This document shows, one piece after another, positions 1 to 9,738 of a stretch of DNA of 64,000 nt (position 1 is its first letter; each line of letters opens with the position of its first letter). The DNA comes from an uncultured Clostridia bacterium (GTDB lineage Bacteria > Bacillota > Clostridia > TANB77 > CAG-508). The position numbers and the translations under genes were made by a program. The stretch is from contig CAOTKV010000003.1 in NCBI GenBank assembly GCA_948530865.1, forward strand, positions 41,881 through 105,880, in the 5' to 3' direction. The notes beneath the pieces were generated by a model. It saw only the letters and a list, made by a program, of their open reading frames with translations, was not told the origin of the DNA and searched no databases.

Positions 1-972
1 TGGATTTCCTTTTATATCAAATTTTACTTTATAAATTCCTGGTACATCTTGTCCATATTCTACACTACCTTTTTTATTTGTTCTTTTTAGATGTTCTTCT
101 ATAACTTTTATTCCTGCTTCATAGGCATATGGTTTAGCATCTGCTACATTTGCTGTAGAATTTTTATTTACTCTCCAATGATATAAAATTTTAGAAATAT
201 GTACTACTTTACTCGCCTTTTCTGTAGCTCTTAAAACAAAATCAAAATCTTGTGCACCATTAAACTTTGAATTTAAAAGACCTACTTTTTTAATAAGTTC
301 TTTTTTGGCAACAACAAAATGAGTAATATAATTATTGCACTCCAATGTTTCTGGGGAAAAATCAGGTTTAAAATATGGTTCAAATCTTTCTCCATTTTCA
401 TCAATTTTATCCTCATCTGAATAAATAAAATCAACATTTTTGTTTTTATTTATACATCTTGCAACTTCAAATAAACAATCTGGAGATAATAAATCATCAT
501 GATCTAAAAATCCTATAAAATCTCCTGTTGCAAATTTTATTGCTTCATTTGTATTTTCTGAAATCCCTTTATTAGAATTTAAAAACTTATATTTTATTTT
601 TTCATTTGAGCTATAATACTGTTTTAAATTCTCATTTTTTTGAGTACTTCCATCTGTTAAAACAAGTTCCCAATTTGAATATGTTTGTTTTTCTAAAGAC
701 TCTACTAATTCTTTAAAAAATGTTTCATCTGTATTATACATAGGAACAACAACACTTATTTTTGGTTTATAATCAAATTTAAAATTTCTTTGATATTCAA
801 GTTCTCCATTTTTTGGTTCATTTTTTTCAATCCATATTTTATATTGTTCTAAATTTGATTTTCTGTTTTCCTTTATATGCAATACTCTTTTTAAGACTTT
901 TTTTAAAGTTTTTATAATTCCATATCTTCTAAAATAATATTTAACTTTATTAAAATTATTTTTTAAATTCAT
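1..972 (-). CDS. Glycosyltransferase family 2, N-terminal 324 aa only (3' end runs off the window)
   Basis: Minus-strand frame is open from the ATG at 972 to position 1. My translation is MNLKNNFNKV...ISVVVPMYNTDETFF...QTYSNWELVLTDGS...LDHDD...YHWRV...GIYKVKFDIKGNP. It is a close paralogue of the next two ORFs. It is absent from the ORF track because it is truncated. Confidence 0.8.
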   Translation of the reverse strand, partial: MNLKNNFNKVKYYFRRYGIIKTLKKVLKRVLHIKENRKSNLEQYKIWIEKNEPKNGELEYQRNFKFDYKPKISVVVPMYNTDETFFKELVESLEKQTYSNWELVLTDGSTQKNENLKQYYSSNEKIKYKFLNSNKGISENTNEAIKFATGDFIGFLDHDDLLSPDCLFEVARCINKNKNVDFIYSDEDKIDENGERFEPYFKPDFSPETLECNNYITHFVVAKKELIKKVGLLNSKFNGAQDFDFVLRATEKASKVVHISKILYHWRVNKNSTANVADAKPYAYEAGIKVIEEHLKRTNKKGSVEYGQDVPGIYKVKFDIKGNP

Positions 973-1014
973 TTCTTTTTTCCTCTTTTGAAATTTTTCG
1001 ACTGTCCCTAAATT

Positions 1015-2955
1015 TCATTTTCTCTTTTTTCTTTTTATCTCTTCTTCACCATAATAATTAACTTTTATATTTTTCATATGATAAACTTCAGTATCTAAAC
1101 TTAAATTAACATTATAATATGGATCTCCACTATCTAAAATTTCTGGCCATCTTTGTTCAAAAGTACTCATTTCTCCTTGGAATCTTTTTATCTTTTCAGG
1201 AGTATTTTCTTGTCCTCTTGATTTTGACTCATAATGCCAAAATTCAACAAATGGATTATAAACAACTAAATATCCTTTTTCTCTAATCTTTAGACAAAAA
1301 TCAACATCATTAAATGCAACAGCAAGTTTTTCGTCCATATATCCAACTTCTTCATAAACGCTTTTCTTAGAAAATAAGCAAGCACCAGTAACAGCACTTA
1401 AATTTTCTATCATACTTTCTTTTGCAAAATATCCATGTCCTGATTTTGGTATACTTTTAAATCTATTTCCTGCAATTCCACCTATACCAACAATAATTCC
1501 TGCATGTTGTATTGTTTCATCTGGATAATAAAGTTTTGCACCAACTGCACCAACATCTTCTCTTTGACAGAAACCTATCATAAGTTCAAGCCAATTTGAT
1601 GTTATTAACTCTGTATCATTATTTAACTGAACTATATATTCTCCTTCTGAATTTTGAGTTCCAAAATTAATAATTGCAGAGTAGTTGAAACCTTTTTTCA
1701 CTTCTCTTCTATTTTTATTTGTATATTCAAGTGATGATTCTTCAGGTTTTGTTATTTCTTTTCCTGTATTATAGTTTACAACTCTTATTTTATCATTTTT
1801 TATTAATTCTTTATAATATTCAAATACTTCTTCTGTTTCACTATTATTTTCTACAACAAGAATTTCATAATTTTCATATGTTGTAAGATTTAAAACTGAA
1901 TCTATACAAACTTTCAAAATATCTTTTCCATCTTTACTTGGAATAACAATTGAAACTTTTGGATTACCTTTTACTTTATAATCAACTCTATAAATTCCTT
2001 CTATACAGCCTTGACTAACATCTCCTTCCAAACCAATTCTTTTTAAATGATCTTCAATTGCTTTTTTTCCAGCTTCAAATGCATAATTTTTAGCATTACT
2101 ATTTAATTTTGCAGTTGATTGATTATGAACTCTCCAATGATATAAAATTTTTGGAATATGTGTTATATTTTCTGGTTTTGTTATTTCAGACATTCTTAAG
2201 AAAATATCATAATCTTGTGCACCATCATAATCAGCTCTAAATCCTTTTAATTTTTCCATTAATTCTTTTTTGAATATACTAAAATGACAAATATAATTTT
2301 GACATCTTAATGTATCTGGTGCAAACTCTGGTTTAAAATAAGCATCATATCTATTATCATTTTCATCAATTTTATCTTCATCTGAATATAAAAATTCTGA
2401 ATTTGGAAATTTATTTAAAGCGTATACAACTTCATACAATGCATAATCAGATAATATATCATCATGATCTAATAAAGCAATATATTCACCTGTTGCCATC
2501 TCAATTGCTGAATTTGTATTTCCAGCAATTCCTTTATTTTCGCCTAAAAATTTATAATTTATTCTACTATCTTTTTCATAATATTTTTTTAAGTTTTCAT
2601 TTTTCTTTGGACTTCCATCAGCAAGACAAAGTTCCCAATTTGAATATGTTTGATTTATCATACAATTTATTAAATCTTTGAAAAACTTTTCTTTTGTATT
2701 ATACATAGGAACTATAACACTAATTTTAGGTTCATAATCAAATTTCCTTTTCATTTGATTTTTCAAATCTGCATCATTAGGTTCGTTATATTTTATCCAG
2801 CCACCATAATCGCCATATTGTAAATCTTTTTCTCCTTTTATAATTCTTACAATTTTTCTTATTACTGTTTTAATACATTTTTTTATTGTTTTTATAAAAC
2901 CATATTTTCCAATATAAAATTTAATTTGATTAATTCTATGTTTTATAATGTTCAT
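1015..2955 (-). CDS. Two-module GT2 glycosyltransferase (646 aa)
   Basis: First GT-A module: ISVIVPMYNTKEKFF, QTYSNWELCLADGS, LDHDD. Second module: VSIVIPSKDG..., LNNDTE. Its start abuts the stop of the upstream ORF (2955/2956). Confidence 0.85.
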   Translation of the reverse strand: MNIIKHRINQIKFYIGKYGFIKTIKKCIKTVIRKIVRIIKGEKDLQYGDYGGWIKYNEPNDADLKNQMKRKFDYEPKISVIVPMYNTKEKFFKDLINCMINQTYSNWELCLADGSPKKNENLKKYYEKDSRINYKFLGENKGIAGNTNSAIEMATGEYIALLDHDDILSDYALYEVVYALNKFPNSEFLYSDEDKIDENDNRYDAYFKPEFAPDTLRCQNYICHFSIFKKELMEKLKGFRADYDGAQDYDIFLRMSEITKPENITHIPKILYHWRVHNQSTAKLNSNAKNYAFEAGKKAIEDHLKRIGLEGDVSQGCIEGIYRVDYKVKGNPKVSIVIPSKDGKDILKVCIDSVLNLTTYENYEILVVENNSETEEVFEYYKELIKNDKIRVVNYNTGKEITKPEESSLEYTNKNRREVKKGFNYSAIINFGTQNSEGEYIVQLNNDTELITSNWLELMIGFCQREDVGAVGAKLYYPDETIQHAGIIVGIGGIAGNRFKSIPKSGHGYFAKESMIENLSAVTGACLFSKKSVYEEVGYMDEKLAVAFNDVDFCLKIREKGYLVVYNPFVEFWHYESKSRGQENTPEKIKRFQGEMSTFEQRWPEILDSGDPYYNVNLSLDTEVYHMKNIKVNYYGEEEIKRKKRK

Positions 2956-4710
2956 CTATTTTGTTCCCTCCACTTTTATTTCACACCTAGCATCTTTTAA
3001 ACTAAAATTTGTATTATAATATTCATCTTTAAAATCTTTCCATTTTTGATTAAATTTATCTATTTCTTCTTTAGAAATATTTTCTTTTTCAACTACGTAT
3101 ACAACTTCTACTGTTGAATTATATACAATTAACTTATTTAATTTTCTTACCTTTAGACATAAATCCACATATTTTAAACTACTTGTAAATTCATCTGAAA
3201 GACTGCTATACAAATTAGCATCTATCATCATACAAATACTAGATACTGCATTCATATTTTGAATAAGTTTTTCTCTTCCAAAATATCCATTTTTATTTTT
3301 ATCTAATCCTTCAAATAAATAGCTTACTCCATTTTCTGTTCCAACTACCATTCCAGCATTATGTGTTTTATTATCTTCATAATATACTCTTACTCCAACT
3401 ATACCAACATCTTCTCTTTGGCAGAATCCAAGCATTCTCTCAATCCAGTTTGGAGTTTTAATTCTGCAGTTTTCATCTAAAATAATTATATATTCACTAT
3501 TATTTATATTAGATTCTAAAATTTCATAATTTTTATAAGTTGTAATTGTTTTTATATTTTCTAAAACTTCTTTTGATTTATTATTTATTAAAATACCAAC
3601 TTTAGGAGTACCTTTTACATCATAATCTACAAGATATGTTCCTGAGTTTTTTCCATTTGCAACATGTCCACTTAAACCTATTCTTTTTAAATGATCCTCA
3701 ACAGCTTTCTTTCCAGCTTCTATTGCATATGGCTTAGCCTCTGATTCCATAGATGTAGAACCTTTATGCACTCTCCAATTATATAAAATTTTTGATATAT
3801 GAACAATCTTTTTTGCATTTTCAGACATTCTTAATATTAAATCATAATCTTGTGCGCCATCATATTTATTATTAAATCCACCAATTTTATCTAGTAATTC
3901 TTTTTTGAAAACACTATAATGGCAAATATAATTATTTGATCTTAATGTATCTGGTGCAAAATCTGGTTTAAAATGTGGTGCATATCTTGGCTCATCTATG
4001 AAATGGAATTTATCTTCATCTGAATATATAAAATCTACATTTTTATTTTCATTAATTACTTTAACAACTTCATATAATGCATCTAAGCTTAGCATATCAT
4101 CATGATCTAAAAGTGATATATATTTTCCAGTTGCTAGTTCCAATGCTTCATTAGTATTTCCTGAAATTCCTTTATTTTCACCTAAGAACTTGTATTTAAT
4201 TCTTTTATCTTTTTCACACATTTCTTTTATTTTAGTAAGTTCTTTTGGACTTCCATCTGCTAAACACAACTCCCAATTACTATATGTTTGGCAATGAACA
4301 CTATATAAAAGTTCTCTAAAGAAATCTGTATCAGTATTATATAAAGGTACTACTATACTAATTTTAGGTCTTATTCTAAATCTCTTTTTTGTCTGCATTT
4401 CTAGTTCTTTATCTGTAGGTTCATTTTCTTGAAGCCATTTTTCATAATCAGATAATTCATCCTCTTCAGCTCTCTTTAAATCCTTTTCATATTTTAAATA
4501 TTTCCTATGATCTATTCCTTTCCAATATTCTGCCGTTTCTTCATCTGTTAATTTAAAATAATTTTCAACTTTTTTTGTATAGTTTTTCTCAGTTTGTTTT
4601 TTATCATATTCAATTCTTCTTCTTCCGCCTGGTGGCATTATTCTATCTATAAATGATGTTCCACTAAATGGATTTATCATCCACCAAATAAATTTTAATA
4701 TTTTTTTCAT
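2956..4710 (-). CDS. GT2 glycosyltransferase with shortened second module (584 aa)
   Basis: The first module is intact (ISIVVPLYNTDTDFF, QTYSNWELCLADGS, LDHDD). The second module is reduced (KVGILINNKS...IIILDENC) and lacks about 60 aa compared with the 1015-2955 paralogue. Confidence 0.8.
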   Translation of the reverse strand: MKKILKFIWWMINPFSGTSFIDRIMPPGGRRRIEYDKKQTEKNYTKKVENYFKLTDEETAEYWKGIDHRKYLKYEKDLKRAEEDELSDYEKWLQENEPTDKELEMQTKKRFRIRPKISIVVPLYNTDTDFFRELLYSVHCQTYSNWELCLADGSPKELTKIKEMCEKDKRIKYKFLGENKGISGNTNEALELATGKYISLLDHDDMLSLDALYEVVKVINENKNVDFIYSDEDKFHFIDEPRYAPHFKPDFAPDTLRSNNYICHYSVFKKELLDKIGGFNNKYDGAQDYDLILRMSENAKKIVHISKILYNWRVHKGSTSMESEAKPYAIEAGKKAVEDHLKRIGLSGHVANGKNSGTYLVDYDVKGTPKVGILINNKSKEVLENIKTITTYKNYEILESNINNSEYIIILDENCRIKTPNWIERMLGFCQREDVGIVGVRVYYEDNKTHNAGMVVGTENGVSYLFEGLDKNKNGYFGREKLIQNMNAVSSICMMIDANLYSSLSDEFTSSLKYVDLCLKVRKLNKLIVYNSTVEVVYVVEKENISKEEIDKFNQKWKDFKDEYYNTNFSLKDARCEIKVEGTK

Positions 4711-4726
4711 CTTTACTCCAACAATT

Positions 4727-5689
4727 CTATTTTTTAAATTTATATAGTATTTTTGTAATAAAAGGCATATTTAAAATCATAAAATTCTGCATTACATATA
4801 TGAAACTTTCATATTTATAAAGTTTAAAAAATAATCCCCATTTTCTAAAATTAAAATTTTTCTTTTTTTCTAACATTTCATAGTATTGTAAAGCTTGTCT
4901 ATTTAAAATTTTAACTTTATCATCTACAAATTTTTCTTCATTTTCAATAAATACAGAAAAATGTTCTTTTTTTACTTGTATAAATAATTTTCTTATTTCA
5001 TCTATACTTTTTAATTCATCTGTTTTCTTTTTAGAACCTACCTTATTATTTTTATGTTGTCTATATTTTATAAGTGGTTCTTCTATATACGTTATTTTGT
5101 GTTTTTGACTTAGTATTAGTGGAATCCAATAATCATGCAAAATAAATTTACTTGTATTTGGAAGCGGTAAAACTTCATCTATAAGCTCTTTTTTAGAAAG
5201 CATTGTACAACCTGTTATAAAATTATTTAGATATAAACTTTCAAAATTATTGTATTTTACTATTTTTTTATAAAATCCTTTTAATTTCCAATAAGAACTG
5301 TATGTTACATTTAAAAATGAATCTACAACTTCTAAATCTGAATAAACTAAATCACTTCCAGTTTCTTCAATAACTTTTATTGATTTTTTAATCTTATTTT
5401 CATTCCAAATATCATCTTGATCTGAAAACATAAAATATTTATTTTCGACCCTTTTTAGTAAAAATTCAAAATTTTTTACAACACCCAAATTTTTCTCTTG
5501 GCTAAAAACTATTATTCTTTTATCTTTTTCTACATATTCTTCTAAAATTTCTTTTGTTGAATCTGATGAACAATCATCAGAAATTATTAATCTAAAATTA
5601 GAATATGTTTGACACATTATGCTATCTAATTGTTCTCTTAAATATTGTTCCCCATTATATGTTGCAAGTAATATATCAACCTTTTCCAT
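4727..5689 (-). CDS. Single-module GT2 glycosyltransferase, rhamnosyltransferase-like
   Basis: 320 aa. The N-terminus VDILLATYNGEQYLREQLDSI..QTY..ISDDCSSD resembles RgpB/WbbL-type rhamnosyltransferases. This is recalled from memory, not searched. Confidence 0.7.
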   Translation of the reverse strand: MEKVDILLATYNGEQYLREQLDSIMCQTYSNFRLIISDDCSSDSTKEILEEYVEKDKRIIVFSQEKNLGVVKNFEFLLKRVENKYFMFSDQDDIWNENKIKKSIKVIEETGSDLVYSDLEVVDSFLNVTYSSYWKLKGFYKKIVKYNNFESLYLNNFITGCTMLSKKELIDEVLPLPNTSKFILHDYWIPLILSQKHKITYIEEPLIKYRQHKNNKVGSKKKTDELKSIDEIRKLFIQVKKEHFSVFIENEEKFVDDKVKILNRQALQYYEMLEKKKNFNFRKWGLFFKLYKYESFIYVMQNFMILNMPFITKILYKFKK

Positions 5690-5713
5690 AATATATTTTA
5701 AATCCTCTTTATC

Positions 5714-7966
5714 TTATTTTCTTATAATTCCTTTTATCTTTTTGGCTAATTTCCAAATTGCTGTATTTTGAGTTTTTTCAAATCTCTCTACCAAATATTG
5801 ATGACTATCAATATATTGTTTCTGATTTTTTATTTCTTCATCTTTAATTTTAAGTATTGTTCTTAAGTCTTCTAAATCATTTTTATCTTGCATTTTTTGA
5901 ATACTTGATGTATTTATAACCTTATTTTTTATATCAGAACAATTATTATATAAATCTAAGTATTCCTCTTGCATCTTTTCAACCTTTTTAAATTGATAAT
6001 TTTTAAAATTTTCTATAATTTTATTATATTCTTTATCATTAACAACTTCTTTTATTTTGCTAATGATAACATCTGTATCTTTTGTAACTGGGATTGTCCA
6101 TCCTAATTTATCTTTTTTTAGTCTATCTCCAACAGCTCCAATATCAAATGCTAAAATTGGAATACCTGCCATATAAACTTCTGATAAAGTGTATGAATAA
6201 GTTTCTGGCCAAACTGTAAGCATACATACTAAATTTATATTGTTTTCTACTAATAAATTAGATAATTCTCCTCTATTATATTGACCATGAAAAATATAGT
6301 TTGGTGCGTTTTCAGCTAATTTTTCATCAAATGTTTTTCCAAATAAATGAATTGTTATATTGTCATCATTTTTTTTAATTAATGATTTTAAAATTTCACT
6401 TCCTTTTTGTACTGCCATAGCTCCAACAAAAGCTATATTTATATTACTATTTTCTTTTTTATCTTCTTTTTTTACATCATAAATTTCAACACCATGTTCT
6501 ATAACTTTAATATTTAAATCTTTATAAAATTTATTTACAATTTTTTGTGTATTATCAGAAGGTACTATTATTGTACTAGATTTTGAAAGGTTCTTATTAC
6601 AATTTTCTCTCCAAGAATCTATAATATCTTCTGTTATATTATATTTATCTAAAATACAATCTTTGCAGTTTTTAGAATCTTCACAATATGTACCTTTATA
6701 AACCATATTTATTGCTGGACACATTGTATATAAATCATGTAAAGTAGTAATTATGTGAGCATTATATTTTTCAGCCATTTCATAAATATCAAATGTTTGA
6801 AATAATAAATGATGTATATGTACTATATCAAAATTAAATGCTGTAAATAAACTATTTAAAAATTCTCTATATGATTGATTTGAATATCTTAAATTACTAT
6901 AAAACTTTTTATCTGTTTTTATACTATAAATTAATCTTCCAATATCTTTTGTATATAAATACACTTCCATTCTTGAAATTTCATTATAGTTTGGACAAAT
7001 AACAAAACACGCATAATTATTTTCTACTAAATTTGTTAGTACATCTTTTATATGAAGTGATGTTCCACCAGTCATCTCCATATTTTCATTCCATTCATTT
7101 ACAAAAAAAGCTATTCTTTTTTTACTAAAAAGTTTAATATTAATTCTTATATTATCATGAATATCTCTCATCATATTAGATGCCATATATTCATTTAACT
7201 TTTCTATATAAAATGGATATCTTTCTGCTAATATTTTTGTATGACTTTCAATTAATTCTTTTTTACTATTTGTTAGATTTTCTTTTTTAAAAGATTGAGT
7301 TCCTTTATGATATATAAATGTATTATCACAAATTATATTTATATACCCATGATTTAAAGCTCTATAACAGAAATCATTTTCCTCGCCATATCCTTTTCCA
7401 AATGTTTCTTCATCAAACAATCCTATTTCATTTAAAGCTTTTCTTTTTATAAATAAGCAAAAACCGTTTCCTGTTGGTATTTCTGGAAATTTATTTAATG
7501 AACATTTTTCAATTAAATTTGCATACTCTTCTAAAGTAATATTTTCTGGAATTTCATTATCTTCTCCAAAGTTTGGGACAGATGCTATTGTGCCATTATT
7601 AGTAAGTGGAGTAACTGTTGCTATATATTCATTTGAATATGCTGAATCATATATTTTTTCAAGCCATCTGCTTGTTACTTCTGTATCACTATTTAGAAGT
7701 ATTACATCATTTTCTGGAAATTCTCTCATTCCAATATTTACAGATTTTACAAATCCATAATTTTTATTATTATTAATAACCATTATATTTTTATATTCAT
7801 TTTTATACTTATTAAGCATTGGCAGGATTTTTTCATCAGGACTACAATCATTAATTAATATTAAATTATTTTCTTCTAAATTTGTATATTTAATTACAGA
7901 TTTTATACAGCTTTCAGTATATTCATAAGCATTGTATATTGGAATAATGATATTTACTTTTTTCAT
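5714..7966 (-). CDS. Bifunctional GT2 (N-terminal) plus GT4 (C-terminal) glycosyltransferase with C-terminal coiled-coil tail
   Basis: 750 aa. GT2 motifs: VNIIIPIYNAYEY, LNSDTE. GT-B/GT4 motifs: IAFVGAMAVQKG, WPETYSYTLSEVYMAGIP. The last ~100 aa are heptad-rich (KNDLEDLRTILKIKDEEIKNQKQYID). It is a paralogue of 12656-14983. Confidence 0.8.
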   Translation of the reverse strand: MKKVNIIIPIYNAYEYTESCIKSVIKYTNLEENNLILINDCSPDEKILPMLNKYKNEYKNIMVINNNKNYGFVKSVNIGMREFPENDVILLNSDTEVTSRWLEKIYDSAYSNEYIATVTPLTNNGTIASVPNFGEDNEIPENITLEEYANLIEKCSLNKFPEIPTGNGFCLFIKRKALNEIGLFDEETFGKGYGEENDFCYRALNHGYINIICDNTFIYHKGTQSFKKENLTNSKKELIESHTKILAERYPFYIEKLNEYMASNMMRDIHDNIRINIKLFSKKRIAFFVNEWNENMEMTGGTSLHIKDVLTNLVENNYACFVICPNYNEISRMEVYLYTKDIGRLIYSIKTDKKFYSNLRYSNQSYREFLNSLFTAFNFDIVHIHHLLFQTFDIYEMAEKYNAHIITTLHDLYTMCPAINMVYKGTYCEDSKNCKDCILDKYNITEDIIDSWRENCNKNLSKSSTIIVPSDNTQKIVNKFYKDLNIKVIEHGVEIYDVKKEDKKENSNINIAFVGAMAVQKGSEILKSLIKKNDDNITIHLFGKTFDEKLAENAPNYIFHGQYNRGELSNLLVENNINLVCMLTVWPETYSYTLSEVYMAGIPILAFDIGAVGDRLKKDKLGWTIPVTKDTDVIISKIKEVVNDKEYNKIIENFKNYQFKKVEKMQEEYLDLYNNCSDIKNKVINTSSIQKMQDKNDLEDLRTILKIKDEEIKNQKQYIDSHQYLVERFEKTQNTAIWKLAKKIKGIIRK

Positions 7967-7975
7967 TAAATTCTC

Positions 7976-9718
7976 CTATAATAATTTTTTATTAAGTCCT
8001 TTTAATATTTTGAAAAATCTCTTATTTTCAAAATCATCTATTAAAGCATCTTTTTGTTTTATATCTTCTTCTAATTCTTTTTGTTTTTGAAGTAGCTGTT
8101 CTATTTCATTTGTTTTTTCTTGAAGATTGCTTTTTATCTCTTCAATATAATTTTCTTTTTTAGTATTTTCAGCTTTATATAAACCTAATTCTTCTCTACA
8201 TTTATCAAGTTCTAATATATGCTTTGATATTTCTTCTCTTGCTTCTAAAAGCTTATTATTATAATATTCAAATTTACCTTTTGGTTTATATAATTTCATT
8301 ATTTGATTATCTATTACATAATCTTGAAATTCTTGCTCTATTTGCTTAAAATATTCAATATATTGTGAAATTTTTAATTTTCTAAACATTTCATCTATAT
8401 TTATTTTATTTGAAATTTCTGAATTATATATATACATATTATTTATAGAACGATAAATAATAAACTCTAATGGTAAGTTTTCCAAACACCATTCTTGATC
8501 AAAAAATACAAATTTTCCATCTATATAAAATGTATTTTCAAAGACTAAATCTAGATAAAGTTTTTTCACATAAAATAATTCTTCGTTTTCTTTAACTCTT
8601 TGATTTTTTAATTTATCTTTTATTTCTTCATACCATTTATTTATAAGTTCTAATGCAGATTCAATATTTCCACTCATTATCTCATCTACCAATACTTGAT
8701 TAAATGGATTACTATTAATGTATTTTGAATAAATAGTTTCATTTTCTTTAAATTCATCTATAACTTCAAATCCTAAGTTTCTTAGTTCTTGCGCATTATT
8801 TTTTATATTATATATATGTTTTTTTGATTCTGGTAATATAGATTCTTTAATTACATAATCTTCATAAATTTTTGTACATAATCTAAAATCAACTTTTCTA
8901 GCATTATTAAATCCAATAAATTTTTCTGTTGATTTTGGATTTATTTCAACTATATATGAATTAGTAAAATACTTGAATAATCCCTCTTTTGTTGCATATT
9001 TTAATAATTTGAGTTCATCAATCCCAGATTCATCTTCATTATTTACAATTGAATTATTCATTATTTTTGTATTGTTATATTTAGGAATATATTTATCTGA
9101 AAATATAACATTTGCATTATAATAGTTTGGTAGTGGATAAAATATTCTATAATTTTTACCAACTAATTTATTTTCTATTTCTGCATGTGTAAATGTATTT
9201 TCTCTTTGTTTTTCTAAGTTTGAAACTCCAAATTTATTGTTTAAAAATAATAATATAGTTCCATTTTCATTTAAGAATTTTTGAACTTTTTCTAAATATT
9301 CTAAATTATCTTTTATTATAATATAATCAAACTTTTCTTCTAATTCTATTTCATCAAAATTATTTGCAGATATAACTATAATGTTTTCCTTATCTTTATA
9401 TCTTATTGAAATTGCTTCTGCCTTATATTTATTTGATTCTATACACACAAGCTTTTTCACCTTAGAAGAAATACTACCAGTAATCTCTCCAAAACCTGCA
9501 TTTAATTCTAATACTTTAGAATCTTTTTCAAAATTATACCAATTAATACAATTTGCTCTATTGCTTAATAAGCTTTGAATCTTTTCATATTCATCACTAT
9601 CTTTTAAATATTTTTCATATTCATTTGCATCATATTTTTTGATATAATTTTCAACTATATCTTCTTCTAGAATACTTCTAAAATTATTACTTTCATACTT
9701 ATCTAAAATTGTTTTCAA
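7976..9718 (-). CDS. Methyltransferase / kinase-like / coiled-coil protein (WbdD-like architecture), putative chain terminator
   Basis: 580 aa with no TM segment. SAM motif I is VLELNAGFGEITG. A kinase-like catalytic loop YLDLVFEN (D-x4-N) is followed by FFDQEW. The C-terminal ~85 aa is a heptad-rich K/E/Q segment. Confidence 0.6.
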   Translation of the reverse strand: MKTILDKYESNNFRSILEEDIVENYIKKYDANEYEKYLKDSDEYEKIQSLLSNRANCINWYNFEKDSKVLELNAGFGEITGSISSKVKKLVCIESNKYKAEAISIRYKDKENIIVISANNFDEIELEEKFDYIIIKDNLEYLEKVQKFLNENGTILLFLNNKFGVSNLEKQRENTFTHAEIENKLVGKNYRIFYPLPNYYNANVIFSDKYIPKYNNTKIMNNSIVNNEDESGIDELKLLKYATKEGLFKYFTNSYIVEINPKSTEKFIGFNNARKVDFRLCTKIYEDYVIKESILPESKKHIYNIKNNAQELRNLGFEVIDEFKENETIYSKYINSNPFNQVLVDEIMSGNIESALELINKWYEEIKDKLKNQRVKENEELFYVKKLYLDLVFENTFYIDGKFVFFDQEWCLENLPLEFIIYRSINNMYIYNSEISNKINIDEMFRKLKISQYIEYFKQIEQEFQDYVIDNQIMKLYKPKGKFEYYNNKLLEAREEISKHILELDKCREELGLYKAENTKKENYIEEIKSNLQEKTNEIEQLLQKQKELEEDIKQKDALIDDFENKRFFKILKGLNKKLL

Positions 9719-9738
9719 ATTTTATCTCCTTTACAAAG

